DNA of 64,000 bases from a virus (IMGVR_UViG_3300003320_000853); one strand, 5' to 3'. Counted from the first letter of the stretch, positions 18,767-28,672 are shown. Notes: a model not told the origin generated them from the letters alone. Made by a program: numbers and translations.

Positions 18767-19098
18767 CGGATCTCGCCGACACCGCAGCCCGAGCTCGGGA
18801 GGTCAGCCGCCAGCTCAACGAGGCCATGCGTGAGCTGAACGAGAGCCTGGTGAATGCGGAGAGCGCCATGGCCAAGAGGCTCGGCCGGCAGGTGGTCGCC
18901 AACGTTCCGTTGACCCCCGGGACGTACCTGGTCTTCGCCGACGGGAAGCTCTTCTACGCGAACCAGGAGCATCGCGTCTCGATCCTTCACGTTTCCAAGA
19001 GATACCGGATGCTCGCCTGCTCCCGTCTGTATGCCCTCTGGCTTGCAGCCGGCGGCGAGCCCCTTCGAGGTTTCCATGGGCATTCCCCGCAAAGGTAG
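18763..19098 (+). CDS. hypothetical protein
   Basis: ATGA overlap. Confidence 0.65.
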   Translation: MTDLADTAARAREVSRQLNEAMRELNESLVNAESAMAKRLGRQVVANVPLTPGTYLVFADGKLFYANQEHRVSILHVSKRYRMLACSRLYALWLAAGGEPLRGFHGHSPQR

Positions 19099-19399
19099 TC
19101 GTTGGGTCTACGTCCAGGGGAAGAGATACCTCTTCCTCGTGAAGGAAGGGCACATCCCCGACCATCACGACCAGCCAGCGAACACGGTGGTCATCCAGGA
19201 GGACGACGAGAAGCCGGGCCGCGTTCTCCGGGGATGGTTCTTCCACGGGATCGAGATCACGCCGGCTCTCGTGCGGAAGCTCATCATCGAGGGCCACCAG
19301 ATCGGGTGGAACCCCTCCGATCGGGGCAGCGCCTTCGATCTTCCGCCGGATCGTGCCTCGGGCCGGTTCAACGAAGGCGACGTCTCGTCCTACCGCTGA
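19076..19399 (+). CDS. hypothetical protein
   Basis: MGIPRKGSR...ITPALVR..I...GW.P. Confidence 0.7.
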   Translation: MGIPRKGSRWVYVQGKRYLFLVKEGHIPDHHDQPANTVVIQEDDEKPGRVLRGWFFHGIEITPALVRKLIIEGHQIGWNPSDRGSAFDLPPDRASGRFNEGDVSSYR

Positions 19400-19431
19400 T
19401 CCATACAATCCTCTTGTGTGGGGACTCGAAC

Positions 19432-20010
19432 GTGAGTCCCAGCTCCTACAGGGTTGCCGCCCGTTTCATCGCCGAGCAGACCAAATCGGCCCCCAAGAAG
19501 GTCGACGACCTCTTCAAGGAAGTCAAGGACGGCAACCCGTCGTACTCCGACGAACAGGCGTGGGCCACAGCCTGGTCGATCTACTGCAAGCACGTCGACC
19601 CGGGCGGGTCCCACTGCAAGAAGTCTCCGGGGGAGTACCTCAAGGAGGCGTCCGCTCCTGTGGGATCCTGGGGCTCATACATCGAGAAGTGGTGCGAGGA
19701 TGTGCTCACGGCTCTTCAACGGAAGCTGACGCCGATCATGCGGGGGTGGAAGCCTACGGACATTCGTCGGAGCGGCTCAAGGCAGATCCTCGACTTCATC
19801 CGAGGGGATCGAGGGGATGGGACCCGGGAAGATGCCGGCGTCTCCCTTCAATGGGACGGATCCGGCATCGAGATCCGTGTGGATCTGGTCTCTCCGAAAT
19901 ATCACAACGTTGTGGTTCTATTGCAACAACGCGTTGCGTTCGATGAGACAGCCTTTGACGTATTGAAAAACGTCGAGCAAACATTCAAGTCGGAGATTTT
20001 TGCTCGATGA
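19432..20010 (+). CDS. RVxARF-signal protein
   Basis: GTG start, MSPSSYRVAARFIAE; NPSYSDEQAWATAWSIYCK. Confidence 0.7.
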   Translation: MSPSSYRVAARFIAEQTKSAPKKVDDLFKEVKDGNPSYSDEQAWATAWSIYCKHVDPGGSHCKKSPGEYLKEASAPVGSWGSYIEKWCEDVLTALQRKLTPIMRGWKPTDIRRSGSRQILDFIRGDRGDGTREDAGVSLQWDGSGIEIRVDLVSPKYHNVVVLLQQRVAFDETAFDVLKNVEQTFKSEIFAR

Positions 20011-20294
20011 GCACCCTCGAACAGCGGGTCGTTTCGCGCTTCATTGAAGCCGTCTCCAAGGACGATGCCGAGGAGATGGCTGAGTTCAAGAGGATGATCC
20101 ACGAGATGACCGAGGAGATGCTCGGCTTCGCGGAGGAGATGGATCGCTTCAAAGGCAAGATGGGTCGCTGGCGGGACAAGCTGCCGAAGAACGCCTTGTG
20201 GGAGGACGTACCGAACGACCTCGACGGCGCCATCAGCAGCATGGACAAGTCGGTGAGCAAGCTCCGTGGGTACGCTCACAAGTTGGGGACGTGA
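20007..20294 (+). CDS. RVxARF-signal helical protein
   Basis: MSTLEQRVVSRFIEA; ATGA overlap. Confidence 0.75.
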   Translation: MSTLEQRVVSRFIEAVSKDDAEEMAEFKRMIHEMTEEMLGFAEEMDRFKGKMGRWRDKLPKNALWEDVPNDLDGAISSMDKSVSKLRGYAHKLGT

Positions 20295-20299
20295 GGTCT

Positions 20300-21502
20300 A
20301 TGGACATCGCCAAGCGTGTTCTCGCCAGAGTCAAGGCCACCACCGACGCTACCGAGCGAACGCTCGAAGCTGCGGAGTTCATGAACGGTGATGGGGTTCA
20401 GCGGATCTCCATCGTCGAGAAGACCCATCCACGCGCAGGGGGAGATGTCTCCCACACGTACGTCCTTCGCACGTATGCCGACCATTTCGGGCTCAACGTG
20501 GCGTCGGAGACTTCGATCGGTAGCTGGCCGGCGGCAGCGTGGCTTGCGGATGCTCTGAGCCGGACGGCAGGCGCGATGCGGTCGGTCCGCCCGCTACCCG
20601 ATCCCGACTACTGGCCCGACATCTTCATCAAGAATGGGGAACAGCATCTCCGCCGGTGGGAGAAGGGTCAAGAGACGTCCTCCCAGTCGATCACGGCCCG
20701 CGTTCTCGCTCGTTACCGCCGATCGATGGAGCACCCGACCGAGAAGGACCGCAAGCAGTACCTTCACGATCACCCGCACGCCGATCCGGCGAACCACACG
20801 GTGGCGAAGCCTGGAGACCACGGTGGGGGGCACGGCGAGCATCACGAAAACAAGCCGAAGAAGTCCCTGAAAGAGCGTCTTCAGAGCATGGGCGAGAAGG
20901 CCAAGAGCTTCGTCAAGAACGCACCGGGCGACCTCAAGAAGTTCTTTGAGGACGAGGGTCATAGGCGCAAGGTGCTCCAGGGGGCTCACGAGAAGCTGGT
21001 GAAGGCCCCCGAGAAGCTCATCGCGAACGCCGTGCACACGGTGAAGCACGAGGTCAAGGAATTCAAGGAGGCCGGGGAGGGAGTCGCTGCCGTCATGAAG
21101 GGCGGCAAGATGAACGACCACCAGAAAAAGGCCCTCAAGACCGTGGGCTTCCATCTGGCTCTCACGGCAGTCGCCACAGTGCTGACGACCACGGGTGGTC
21201 CCCTGGCGGGTGCGGCCGTCTTCGGCAAGTCCATGGCGAAGCACGTCGCCATGAAGTCGGTGTCCAACGCGCTCGGACACCTCCACGTCCTCGAAGAAAT
21301 GGGGCATATCGGCCATGGGATCCATGGCGTGATGGAGCATCTCATGGACAAGCTCGCCACCGACGAGAAGGCGAACCCCGAGGATGTGATGGCTCAGTTC
21401 TTCGTCGCAGCGGCGGCGAAAGAGCTGGCGAACGTGGATGACGACACGATCGCCGACGCGATCGAGGGGATGGACAAGGCTGACGAGGCGCCGTCGGAGT
21501 AG
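20300..21502 (+). CDS. two-module RVxARF-signal protein, His-rich, with hydrophobic segment
   Basis: MDIAKRVLARVKA and internal ITARVLARYRRS; GAGG SD. Confidence 0.75.
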   Translation: MDIAKRVLARVKATTDATERTLEAAEFMNGDGVQRISIVEKTHPRAGGDVSHTYVLRTYADHFGLNVASETSIGSWPAAAWLADALSRTAGAMRSVRPLPDPDYWPDIFIKNGEQHLRRWEKGQETSSQSITARVLARYRRSMEHPTEKDRKQYLHDHPHADPANHTVAKPGDHGGGHGEHHENKPKKSLKERLQSMGEKAKSFVKNAPGDLKKFFEDEGHRRKVLQGAHEKLVKAPEKLIANAVHTVKHEVKEFKEAGEGVAAVMKGGKMNDHQKKALKTVGFHLALTAVATVLTTTGGPLAGAAVFGKSMAKHVAMKSVSNALGHLHVLEEMGHIGHGIHGVMEHLMDKLATDEKANPEDVMAQFFVAAAAKELANVDDDTIADAIEGMDKADEAPSE

Positions 21503-21529
21503 ATCCTGGGAGACGGTGTAGAGAGGGGC

Positions 21530-22048
21530 ATGAAGCTCAAGATCGCGCTTTCTGTCCTCTTCGCTGGCATCTTCCTCGCGTTCTGCATCACGGACATCTT
21601 CAAGAGCTACGACTTCGAGATCGGGTGCGAGGGCCATCTCAAGCGGGCAGCAGACGCCAACACGGTCGAGCTCGCGCTCTCCGAGCTGGACGTCGCCATC
21701 TCCTACGCGGAGCAGAAGGGTCTCACCTCGGGGTCGACGTCGATCTTTCTCCAGACGCCGGCCAACGATCTCGGGTTCTGGTACCAGAACCTGGTGGCCT
21801 CCCGCAACGAGCTGCGCAAGCTCGGGCCGGATGCCCCCATGCTCGTCCGCACCAACATGCTCATGAAGCTCCGGGAAACTCTCCTGGACAAGACGCAGAG
21901 CGGCGAGAAGGTCACGGCGCCGGGGGACATCTCCGTCTTCCCACACCAGCGGCTCTTCACGGCGTGGGGTGCTGGGTCGGCCCTCATCCTCTTCATCTCC
22001 CTCGTGCTCGTCTTCACGCCAGCCTTTAGCTTCTGGAGTCGCCGGTAG
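21530..22048 (+). CDS. membrane protein (2 TM)
   Basis: Hydrophobic N- and C-terminal segments; GGTGTA 9 nt upstream. Confidence 0.75.
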   Translation: MKLKIALSVLFAGIFLAFCITDIFKSYDFEIGCEGHLKRAADANTVELALSELDVAISYAEQKGLTSGSTSIFLQTPANDLGFWYQNLVASRNELRKLGPDAPMLVRTNMLMKLRETLLDKTQSGEKVTAPGDISVFPHQRLFTAWGAGSALILFISLVLVFTPAFSFWSRR

Positions 22049-22083
22049 TTGACCCCCGTTCGCCTGAGCTTGTAGAGACGACC

Positions 22084-22950
22084 ATGAATCTTCGGAGCGG
22101 TCTCGCCGAATCCCTGCCCTACAGCCTTTCCCGCTGGACGGACGTGCCTGCGGCGAAGTGGCCCTGGTTCCTCGACCGGATGAAGGCCGGCTACATGGAA
22201 GGGTTCGACCCCCGGACAGCCATCCCGGCCTACTGGTCGCTCAAGCCCGAGGACACGCTCGGGCTCATCTTCTGGACGAAGAACCCCGAGAACCTCATCG
22301 AATACGCGGATCTGCTTCGGCCGTACAACCTTCGTGTCCACGTGACGATCACGGGATGGAAGGAAGAGGAGCCTGGCGTTCCTCGCTGGGTCGACACGGC
22401 GACCATGGCGCGCCGGCTGGGCGTCCTGTTCGGATGGGATCGGATCACGTGGCGGTTCAGTCCGGTACCCATCGGCCTCGACCGGCACGACCTTCTGACC
22501 CGCTTCGACCACATCGCCTGGTTCATGAGTCCGTTCCAGTCCGTGCCTGGCGGCGGGATCAAGAACGTCTTCCTCTCGTTCCTCCAGCCGAACGACCGTA
22601 TCGGGGAGGATCGCGGCCTCGCCGAGCGCGTCTCTCTCATGCGGGAGATGGCTACGATCGCGGCGCGGTGGGGGATGAACGTCCGCCTCTGCAACGAGGA
22701 TCGCACCCTCCTCGGGGTGGATGGTCTCCCGGCCAACCTCTCCCCCGGGGTGTGCGCTCCGCCGGAGGACTTCTCCCTCCCCGGCATCGCCAAGCCCCCT
22801 TCCGAGGGGTGCGGATGCACCCTTGCCGTCGAGGCCTTCACCATCAACGAATCGTGCGCCTACGGCTGTCGCTACTGCTATGCGGCCGACGAGACCCTCT
22901 CCGGCCGGAAGCGCAACACTACCAAGGGCCATCTGCCCGTCGTCCGCTGA
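22084..22950 (+). CDS. DUF1848 family protein (radical-SAM-like)
   Basis: SRWTDVPA, IFWTKNP, WRFSP, C-terminal CAYGCRYCYA. Confidence 0.85.
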   Translation: MNLRSGLAESLPYSLSRWTDVPAAKWPWFLDRMKAGYMEGFDPRTAIPAYWSLKPEDTLGLIFWTKNPENLIEYADLLRPYNLRVHVTITGWKEEEPGVPRWVDTATMARRLGVLFGWDRITWRFSPVPIGLDRHDLLTRFDHIAWFMSPFQSVPGGGIKNVFLSFLQPNDRIGEDRGLAERVSLMREMATIAARWGMNVRLCNEDRTLLGVDGLPANLSPGVCAPPEDFSLPGIAKPPSEGCGCTLAVEAFTINESCAYGCRYCYAADETLSGRKRNTTKGHLPVVR

Positions 22951-22995
22951 TCCAGCCTGGACATCCAGGGCATCCCCGAGATACACTTCGGGGCC

Positions 22996-23268
22996 ATGCC
23001 GAATCCGCTTACCGCCATCCCTGAAGAGGACTCGACCGACTTCACCACGGACGAGGCGAGCGGAGCGATTCCCACATCCGGACCCGCTGCGGTAGCGGCT
23101 GCCTTGCGGGGCCAACCTTGCCTCTCCTGCGGTGCACGCCTGATGGCGAAGAGCTACGCCCTTCGCCGGCTCGCCGGTCATCTCTACTGGAGAGTGACGA
23201 CGGCCTGTCCATTTGGGCATCCGCGCACCTTGGTCTTTCAGACGGACTGGCTTCGCGGAGGATCATGA
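22996..23268 (+). CDS. hypothetical Zn-finger protein
   Basis: CLSCG...CPFGH. Confidence 0.6.
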   Translation: MPNPLTAIPEEDSTDFTTDEASGAIPTSGPAAVAAALRGQPCLSCGARLMAKSYALRRLAGHLYWRVTTACPFGHPRTLVFQTDWLRGGS

Positions 23269-23651
23269 GCAGCGAACATCATGGGCACGACCCGAGCAAG
23301 CCTTGCCGATGCGATCGGTGCCGCCCGTGCACGAAGTGTGATCGGGACACGAACAACAACGTGTGGCTCGAACGCGGGACGCCGGGTGCCATCGGCATCT
23401 GCCTCCTCGACACGATGACGGAAGATCAGGTGATCTATGTGCTCGAACACGATCCGCGGGCACAGAAGGATCTGCTCCGTGTGACGAGCGACCCGCACCT
23501 CTTGCACCTGGCGCATACCATCACCCGGCTCCCGGTGGTGGAGGAGATGGACGCGATCCAGAAGGACATGAACCGGGAGGGGCCCGCAACGAACGTCCTC
23601 CACTCGACCTTCCACGGGGTGCCCCCGTTCGTGTCTCCCTTGTCCAGGTGA
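23265..23651 (+). CDS. hypothetical protein
   Basis: ATGA overlap, GGAGG SD, Cys-rich N-terminus. Confidence 0.6.
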   Translation: MSSEHHGHDPSKPCRCDRCRPCTKCDRDTNNNVWLERGTPGAIGICLLDTMTEDQVIYVLEHDPRAQKDLLRVTSDPHLLHLAHTITRLPVVEEMDAIQKDMNREGPATNVLHSTFHGVPPFVSPLSR

Positions 23652-23661
23652 GCTGTGCAAC

Positions 23662-23904
23662 ATGAAGACCCGTCTCCTGAACCCGCCGCCGTCATCCCCC
23701 GCGCCCCGGAACCCGATCGAGTGGCGCAAGTTGATGCTCGCCTCGATCGAGATGGCCGAGAAGGTCGACTCCCGCCACGCCCCAGGACTCCGGCAAGCCT
23801 TGGCCTCGGGCCAGATCGAGTCCACGCTCCGGCGGATGGGCATCATCAGCGCGGCGGACATCGCGCGGGAATTCCCCGAGAAGACCTCGGGGACGCAGCG
23901 CTGA
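23662..23904 (+). CDS. hypothetical protein (may continue in -1 frame to 24188)
   Basis: GC3-rich codons; the downstream coding-like frame lacks an ATG/GTG start near 23900. Confidence 0.6.
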   Translation: MKTRLLNPPPSSPAPRNPIEWRKLMLASIEMAEKVDSRHAPGLRQALASGQIESTLRRMGIISAADIAREFPEKTSGTQR

Positions 23905-24188
23905 TCTCGTTCGAGTCGGGAGACCCGCACGTCATCTACGAGGCCGTCCAGGAGCTCGCGGCAGCCTATCGGGAGATGCACGCCGAGGCGGCCCGGCTTC
24001 GGTTCAAGGTGAATTTCGGGACGGCCGTCTGCGAAAGCTGCGATGGACTCAAGGCGGGCCCGGGGATCGTGGCGACATGCTTCCAGATTCGCCGGTGCAA
24101 CTACGAGAACGTTCGGGAGGGGGGTCCGTCCGACCCGCACCGACGCATCATCCAGTCCCTCGACCTCACCCCCAAAATTCGTCCTTGA
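23901..24188 (+). CDS. hypothetical Cys-cluster protein (CTG start or frameshift product)
   Basis: Coding-like codon usage; CESC...C..C. Confidence 0.5.
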   Translation: MISFESGDPHVIYEAVQELAAAYREMHAEAARLRFKVNFGTAVCESCDGLKAGPGIVATCFQIRRCNYENVREGGPSDPHRRIIQSLDLTPKIRP

Positions 24189-24276
24189 CATACCCATAAG
24201 ATGGAGGTTTTCTCCGGGGAACTCTTTCCTCCGTTTGTCTAGGACGGACGGGGATGTGCATCTGGAGAAGACAGAC

Positions 24277-25056
24277 ATGGACAGTCTCAAGCACGCCCGC
24301 GAGGAGCTGGCGGCCGATCTCAAGGCGAAGCAGGAAGCGGTCGCCAAGGCCCAGGACAAGCTCACCAAGTTCGACTCCATCTTCGGCGACGAGGTTCCGG
24401 TGCGGAAGAAGCCCGGGCCGAAGCCCAAGGCTGCGACCTCCGAGGCGGCGCCGCCCGAGAAGCCCCGTGGCAAGCCCGGGCCGAAGCCGAAGCCCAAGAC
24501 CGAGCCGGAGGCTCCGGCGAAGCCGAGGGGCAAGCCCGGTCCCAAGCCCAAGGCGAAGGTCGAGTCGGAGGCGAAGACCGAGACGGGCAAGACGGCGGGC
24601 AAGAGCCGAGCTGCCGAGGGTCGTCGGGCGGTGGCGCGTGGGGAGCGTCCCCCGATCAAGCAGGCCATGGCACATGTCATGGGCGGGGATACCTGCAACC
24701 CGGCCATGGTTCTGGAGCGCCTCGTGGCCAAGGGGTGGACTCCTTCGGCGGGCGACCCGAAGACCTACGTCGGGTACATGCTTTCGTCCACGAAGGAGAT
24801 GTTCGTCCGCGTGCCCGCCAAGGGGCGGGGCTTCTACCGGGTCAAGGACGGTGTGAGCACGGATCTGCCGGGCTCGAAGGCCGAGGTGACCGAGGTGGTG
24901 AAGACCGAGGCGGCTCCCGCTCCGGCGAAGGTCGAGACGACTGAGGAGAAGCCCGCCCACAAGCCCAAGGCTGTCGTCAACGGTGCCGCCAAGCCGAGCA
25001 CGGATGACATCCTGGCGGAGGCCGGCTTCGACCTCTCGGGCCCCTTCGGTTCCTGA
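24277..25056 (+). CDS. histone-like Lys/Pro-repeat DNA-binding protein with winged-helix-like domain
   Basis: Three KPGPKPK repeats; F.RV..GRGFYR wing; GGAG SD. Confidence 0.7.
   Translation: MDSLKHAREELAADLKAKQEAVAKAQDKLTKFDSIFGDEVPVRKKPGPKPKAATSEAAPPEKPRGKPGPKPKPKTEPEAPAKPRGKPGPKPKAKVESEAKTETGKTAGKSRAAEGRRAVARGERPPIKQAMAHVMGGDTCNPAMVLERLVAKGWTPSAGDPKTYVGYMLSSTKEMFVRVPAKGRGFYRVKDGVSTDLPGSKAEVTEVVKTEAAPAPAKVETTEEKPAHKPKAVVNGAAKPSTDDILAEAGFDLSGPFGS
24407..24555 (+). repeat. coding repeat KPGPKPK x3
   Basis: AAGCCCGGNCCSAAGCCSAAG repeated three times. Confidence 0.7.
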
Positions 25057-25086
25057 TCGCGTCGGGCGTCGGTGTCTCTTGATCCG

Positions 25087-25467
25087 ATGCGCCTCCTCCC
25101 CTCCGTCCTGAAAGCGAGATCCATTGCCAAGAGGCTGATCCGCTCCAAGGCCCGTAAGTCAGTTTACATTCCCAAGGGTCGTCAGGAAGAGCTGGGGGGC
25201 CCGTACACGCGGCTCCTCGGCCTCGAAAACGACTACGAGCAGAGAGCCCTGGAGGAATGGCAGGACCATCTCCAGGGCTGGGATCTCTCCCGGCCCCCCG
25301 AACGGAAGCAGCTCGTCGAGATCATCCTGTCCGCGGCCGAGGACGCTCTCTCGGATGCTCGCCGGTCTCTCGAAAGTGACGACCCGGAGACCACGCAGCT
25401 CCTCGACGAGTTCAAGGCACGGTTCGACGCCGATCTTCTTCTTCGGCCCCCTGTAGGAGAAGCATGA
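25087..25467 (+). CDS. hypothetical protein
   Basis: ORF tiles between neighbours; start uncertain. Confidence 0.65.
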   Translation: MRLLPSVLKARSIAKRLIRSKARKSVYIPKGRQEELGGPYTRLLGLENDYEQRALEEWQDHLQGWDLSRPPERKQLVEIILSAAEDALSDARRSLESDDPETTQLLDEFKARFDADLLLRPPVGEA

Positions 25468-25967
25468 AGCTCGGTGACCTGGTTCAATACAAGGGCACAC
25501 ATTGGATCGTCCGCCGCCACGACCCGAAGCGGACGCGCATGGCAACCCTTGTCGCGGCTTCGGGTCAGTCGGAGGAGGTCGCCCACGACTCTGACGCGAA
25601 GGGTCAGGTGGTCGTCATCGCGAACCCGTCCACTGAGTGGCCTTTCATCGTGCTCAAGGAGCGCCCGAAGTTCGGCAAGCTCGTCGAGATCATCCGCTTC
25701 CGGGGGATGACCGTCACGGCGCATCTCCAGCTCAACGTCGACTGGGTGCCGAGCGATCCGCTCCGGAGCGGGGGTGCCGTGTTTTTCTCGCCTACGCTCG
25801 GACTTCTCGTGGGCGAGACGCTCTCCGCGCTCCATGAGCACGGGCGGGCGTCTTTCACTGTTCCCGCGAACTTCACTACGGTGCGGGCACGGGTCGAGAA
25901 GGCAACTCCGAAGCCGAGGGAGCCGAAGTCGGCCTACGACCATCTCCTCGACGAGGACGAGCTGTGA
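25464..25967 (+). CDS. hypothetical protein with acidic C-terminal tag
   Basis: Ends KSAYDHLLDEDEL; AGGAG SD. Confidence 0.75.
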   Translation: MKLGDLVQYKGTHWIVRRHDPKRTRMATLVAASGQSEEVAHDSDAKGQVVVIANPSTEWPFIVLKERPKFGKLVEIIRFRGMTVTAHLQLNVDWVPSDPLRSGGAVFFSPTLGLLVGETLSALHEHGRASFTVPANFTTVRARVEKATPKPREPKSAYDHLLDEDEL

Positions 25968-26578
25968 AGCGGCAGCTCCCCGTCATCCTCGAACGCGATC
26001 TCAACAAGGTGCGGACAGAGCGGTACCTGCGTTCTGAGAATTTCGTGAATGGTGTGCGGGATTCGGCGGAGATTTCATGCTCCGTCGGATGCTCGGCGTG
26101 CTGCTCGCACCCTGTGATGATCGGCCTCCTCGAAGGCTTCCTGGTCTACCGTTGGCTCTCCTTGCATGGGATGTGGACGACCGATCTGCAAGCTCGTCTC
26201 CAGAAGCACGCGAACGAGACGTGGACGCTCGCCCATGAGGTCTGGTGGCTCAGCAACATCCCCTGCCCGCTCCTCGTGAACGATCGTTGCTCTGTCCATG
26301 AGGGTAGGCCTTTCGTCTGTCGGGTGACGCTCTCCACGGGCGACCCCGTTTTCTGTCATCCCCATCGCCTTGGGTTGGAGACGGGCATTGTCTCTCGTGC
26401 CGATGTGGTCGGGGAATTCCAGCGTCTGGAGGAGCAGAAGCTCCGGGCTCATGGTCTCGTGACCCTCCAGTTCCCGATCAGCAAGGCTCTGCTCCTCGCC
26501 GAGGCCATCCTTACCGGAACGCTCGCGATCGAAGCCGTGGCGGCCTTACTCGTGAAGGATTTCAGGGCTGAAGCATGA
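25964..26578 (+). CDS. YkgJ-like CxxxCxxCC cysteine-cluster protein
   Basis: CSVGCSACC, CPLL, CSVHEGRPFVCR. Confidence 0.85.
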   Translation: MKRQLPVILERDLNKVRTERYLRSENFVNGVRDSAEISCSVGCSACCSHPVMIGLLEGFLVYRWLSLHGMWTTDLQARLQKHANETWTLAHEVWWLSNIPCPLLVNDRCSVHEGRPFVCRVTLSTGDPVFCHPHRLGLETGIVSRADVVGEFQRLEEQKLRAHGLVTLQFPISKALLLAEAILTGTLAIEAVAALLVKDFRAEA

Positions 26579-26850
26579 AGTGCTGCGTCTGTTCCGCCGA
26601 CCGGGAGTGCGTCGTCCTCACACTCACCGACGACGAGAAGGCTGCCATCCGAGCCATGGGGCAGACGCCACAGGAGACCCTCGCCTACTGCCGGCCGTGC
26701 TTCCGTCTCCTGTCGAACCCCGAGCAGGGAGCGCAACTCATCCGGGGTACCTTCCAGGTCGGTCTCCAGAACGCGGGTATCGCGAACGCCGAGAAGCTGG
26801 CTCGCAGGTACTACGACTTCCTCCTCTCGAAGGCCAAGCGCCGCAACTAA
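26575..26850 (+). CDS. hypothetical Zn-finger protein
   Basis: CCVC...YCRPC. Confidence 0.7.
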   Translation: MKCCVCSADRECVVLTLTDDEKAAIRAMGQTPQETLAYCRPCFRLLSNPEQGAQLIRGTFQVGLQNAGIANAEKLARRYYDFLLSKAKRRN

Positions 26851-26863
26851 CCCGGAGACGAGC

Positions 26864-27430
26864 ATGAACGAGCAGCAAAGGCAGACCATCAAGGAGCTTC
26901 TCCAGAAGGCTGGGATCGATCCCGAGGGTCAGGACGTGGAGACTGCCTTCGCACAGATGGTGAAGGCGAGGATCCCGGGGATGTCCTCCCAGGCGCAGCA
27001 CACCGCCTTCATGTCGGGTTTCGACGCCTACTGTTTCACAATGCAGGCCATCTGCTCGGGCAACGCGGAGAACGAAGCGCTCGGGCGAAAGACGCTCTAC
27101 CAGGCGTTCGATGTTGCGAAGAAAGCCACCGAAGTCACCGAGAAGCTCCGGGAAGTGCCCGAAGCCGCGACGAGTGAGGCTTCGGAGGTGTTCAAGCGGC
27201 CCCCACCGGAGTTCGCCGAAGCTCAAGAGCAACAAGCACTTCTGGCCGAGCTGAACGCCATCTCAGACATCGCCGGACTCACCGAGTGGTACGTGGAGAC
27301 AAGGGCGCGGAGGGATCTGGTGCGAACGCAGAGCCTCCGCAACAAGCTCTACGACGCCATCCGTGAGCGACGCAACAATTTGACCGAGCGTTTGAGGATC
27401 TCGGTCGTGGAAGGACAGACAGAGGAATGA
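26864..27430 (+). CDS. hypothetical protein
   Basis: GGAG SD; helical composition. Confidence 0.7.
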   Translation: MNEQQRQTIKELLQKAGIDPEGQDVETAFAQMVKARIPGMSSQAQHTAFMSGFDAYCFTMQAICSGNAENEALGRKTLYQAFDVAKKATEVTEKLREVPEAATSEASEVFKRPPPEFAEAQEQQALLAELNAISDIAGLTEWYVETRARRDLVRTQSLRNKLYDAIRERRNNLTERLRISVVEGQTEE

Positions 27431-27822
27431 AGGTATTGGTTACTGGCGGTCGCGACTACATGAACCGCGACCGGATCCGTCAGGTGTTCGAGAAGCTCGC
27501 GGCGAAGTATAAGCGAGTCATCGTCGTCCACGGGGATTGCCCCACGGGTGCGGACCACATCGCGGACGAGCTGGCCAAGGAGTTCGGCTTCGAGGTGCGG
27601 CCCTATCCCGCCGACTGGGACCGAGCGGAGGCTGAGGGGCACCGGAATTCAGCCGGGCCGAAGCGCAACTCCACGATGATTCGGGAGGAGCATCCAGACA
27701 AGGATGGCACCCCCATCGATCTCTGCCTGGCCTTCACCACGGACCTCAAGCGCAGCCGCGGGACCAAGGATTGCTTCCAGAAGGCTGGCGCCGCGGGCAT
27801 CAAGGGTCTCGTCTTCGGCTAG
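27427..27822 (+). CDS. SLOG/YspA-like (DUF2493) protein
   Basis: VLVTGGRDY, VHGDCPTGAD, ADW...AGPKRN, SRGT. Confidence 0.88.
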   Translation: MKVLVTGGRDYMNRDRIRQVFEKLAAKYKRVIVVHGDCPTGADHIADELAKEFGFEVRPYPADWDRAEAEGHRNSAGPKRNSTMIREEHPDKDGTPIDLCLAFTTDLKRSRGTKDCFQKAGAAGIKGLVFG

Positions 27823-28005
27823 TTCAAGACCCTGCCCCATCTCCATGCGGGGTGCGGCCCGCGAAAGGCCCCCCAGAGGAACGTGCAGAGAAATCGAGGA
27901 TCCCCAGCTTCCCGTTGCTCTTGAATGTAGCGAAGGGCCGATGGCGAGATCCTGGGTCGAGGGTACATACGTGGAGGGTGCACCTGTTTGGTGTACCGTA
28001 CGGGC

Positions 28006-28215
28006 ATGGCCCGTACCATTCCCATCCCGACCCGCGAGGACGAGCGGATCTCCGCCTTCATGACGAAGCATGAGGCGGCCCACAAGGGCGTCGACGTGGG
28101 CGACATTGGGGGCCGGTACACCTACGAGATTACCCCGACGAGTCTCGGCACAAAGATCGTCATCCGGTGCGCGTGCGGCGACCATGCGGACGTGACAGCC
28201 TATGACGAGTGGTGA
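28006..28215 (+). CDS. small phage protein
   Basis: IGGRYTY..TPTSLG..C.CG..DVT.Y..W; GGTGTA 10 nt upstream. Confidence 0.75.
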   Translation: MARTIPIPTREDERISAFMTKHEAAHKGVDVGDIGGRYTYEITPTSLGTKIVIRCACGDHADVTAYDEW

Positions 28216-28216
28216 A

Positions 28217-28663
28217 ATGAACTACCGCATCGTCAACAACCTCTTCACGCCGATCGAACGGGTGCTGCTCCTCGGGATGGGGGATCTGACACCGGGATGG
28301 GTCCCAGGGAGGCAAGGCACGGGGTACGAGCGGGCTCCCGTCCAGTTCGACGAGCTGGAAGCTCGGTGCCTCAAAGAGCTGGGCGTCCCTCCCGAGACCG
28401 GGCACGACGCCTACCTCATCCGGTATCGGGAAGGTGCGTTCATCCCTCCCCACAAGGACGACGCGCCCTTCGGAACCGAGCACCGGAGGATCAACATCTT
28501 GCTCTCCCACGCCGAGGAGGGCGGCGTGCTCCGCTTCGATGGGGAAGTCATCGAGCTCGATGAGCTGGACGCGATCGTGTTCCGGCCCGACCTTGTCCTC
28601 CACGAAGTCTCGCCGGTCACGAAGGGCCAGCGTGTGCTCTGGACGGTGGGGGTGCTGGTGTAG
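28217..28663 (+). CDS. 2OG-Fe(II) oxygenase
   Basis: YLIRY, HKD, GG, HEVSPVTKGQR. Confidence 0.85.
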   Translation: MNYRIVNNLFTPIERVLLLGMGDLTPGWVPGRQGTGYERAPVQFDELEARCLKELGVPPETGHDAYLIRYREGAFIPPHKDDAPFGTEHRRINILLSHAEEGGVLRFDGEVIELDELDAIVFRPDLVLHEVSPVTKGQRVLWTVGVLV

Positions 28664-28672
28664 CCGGGGCGC

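Noticed and set aside
27823-27990. Possible structured ncRNA (TTCAAGA/TCTTGAA ends, GAAA hairpin)
   Set aside because: Pairing is short, and the region is equally explained by a 49-aa minus-strand ORF (27819-27968) preceded by GGTGCA-N10-ATG.
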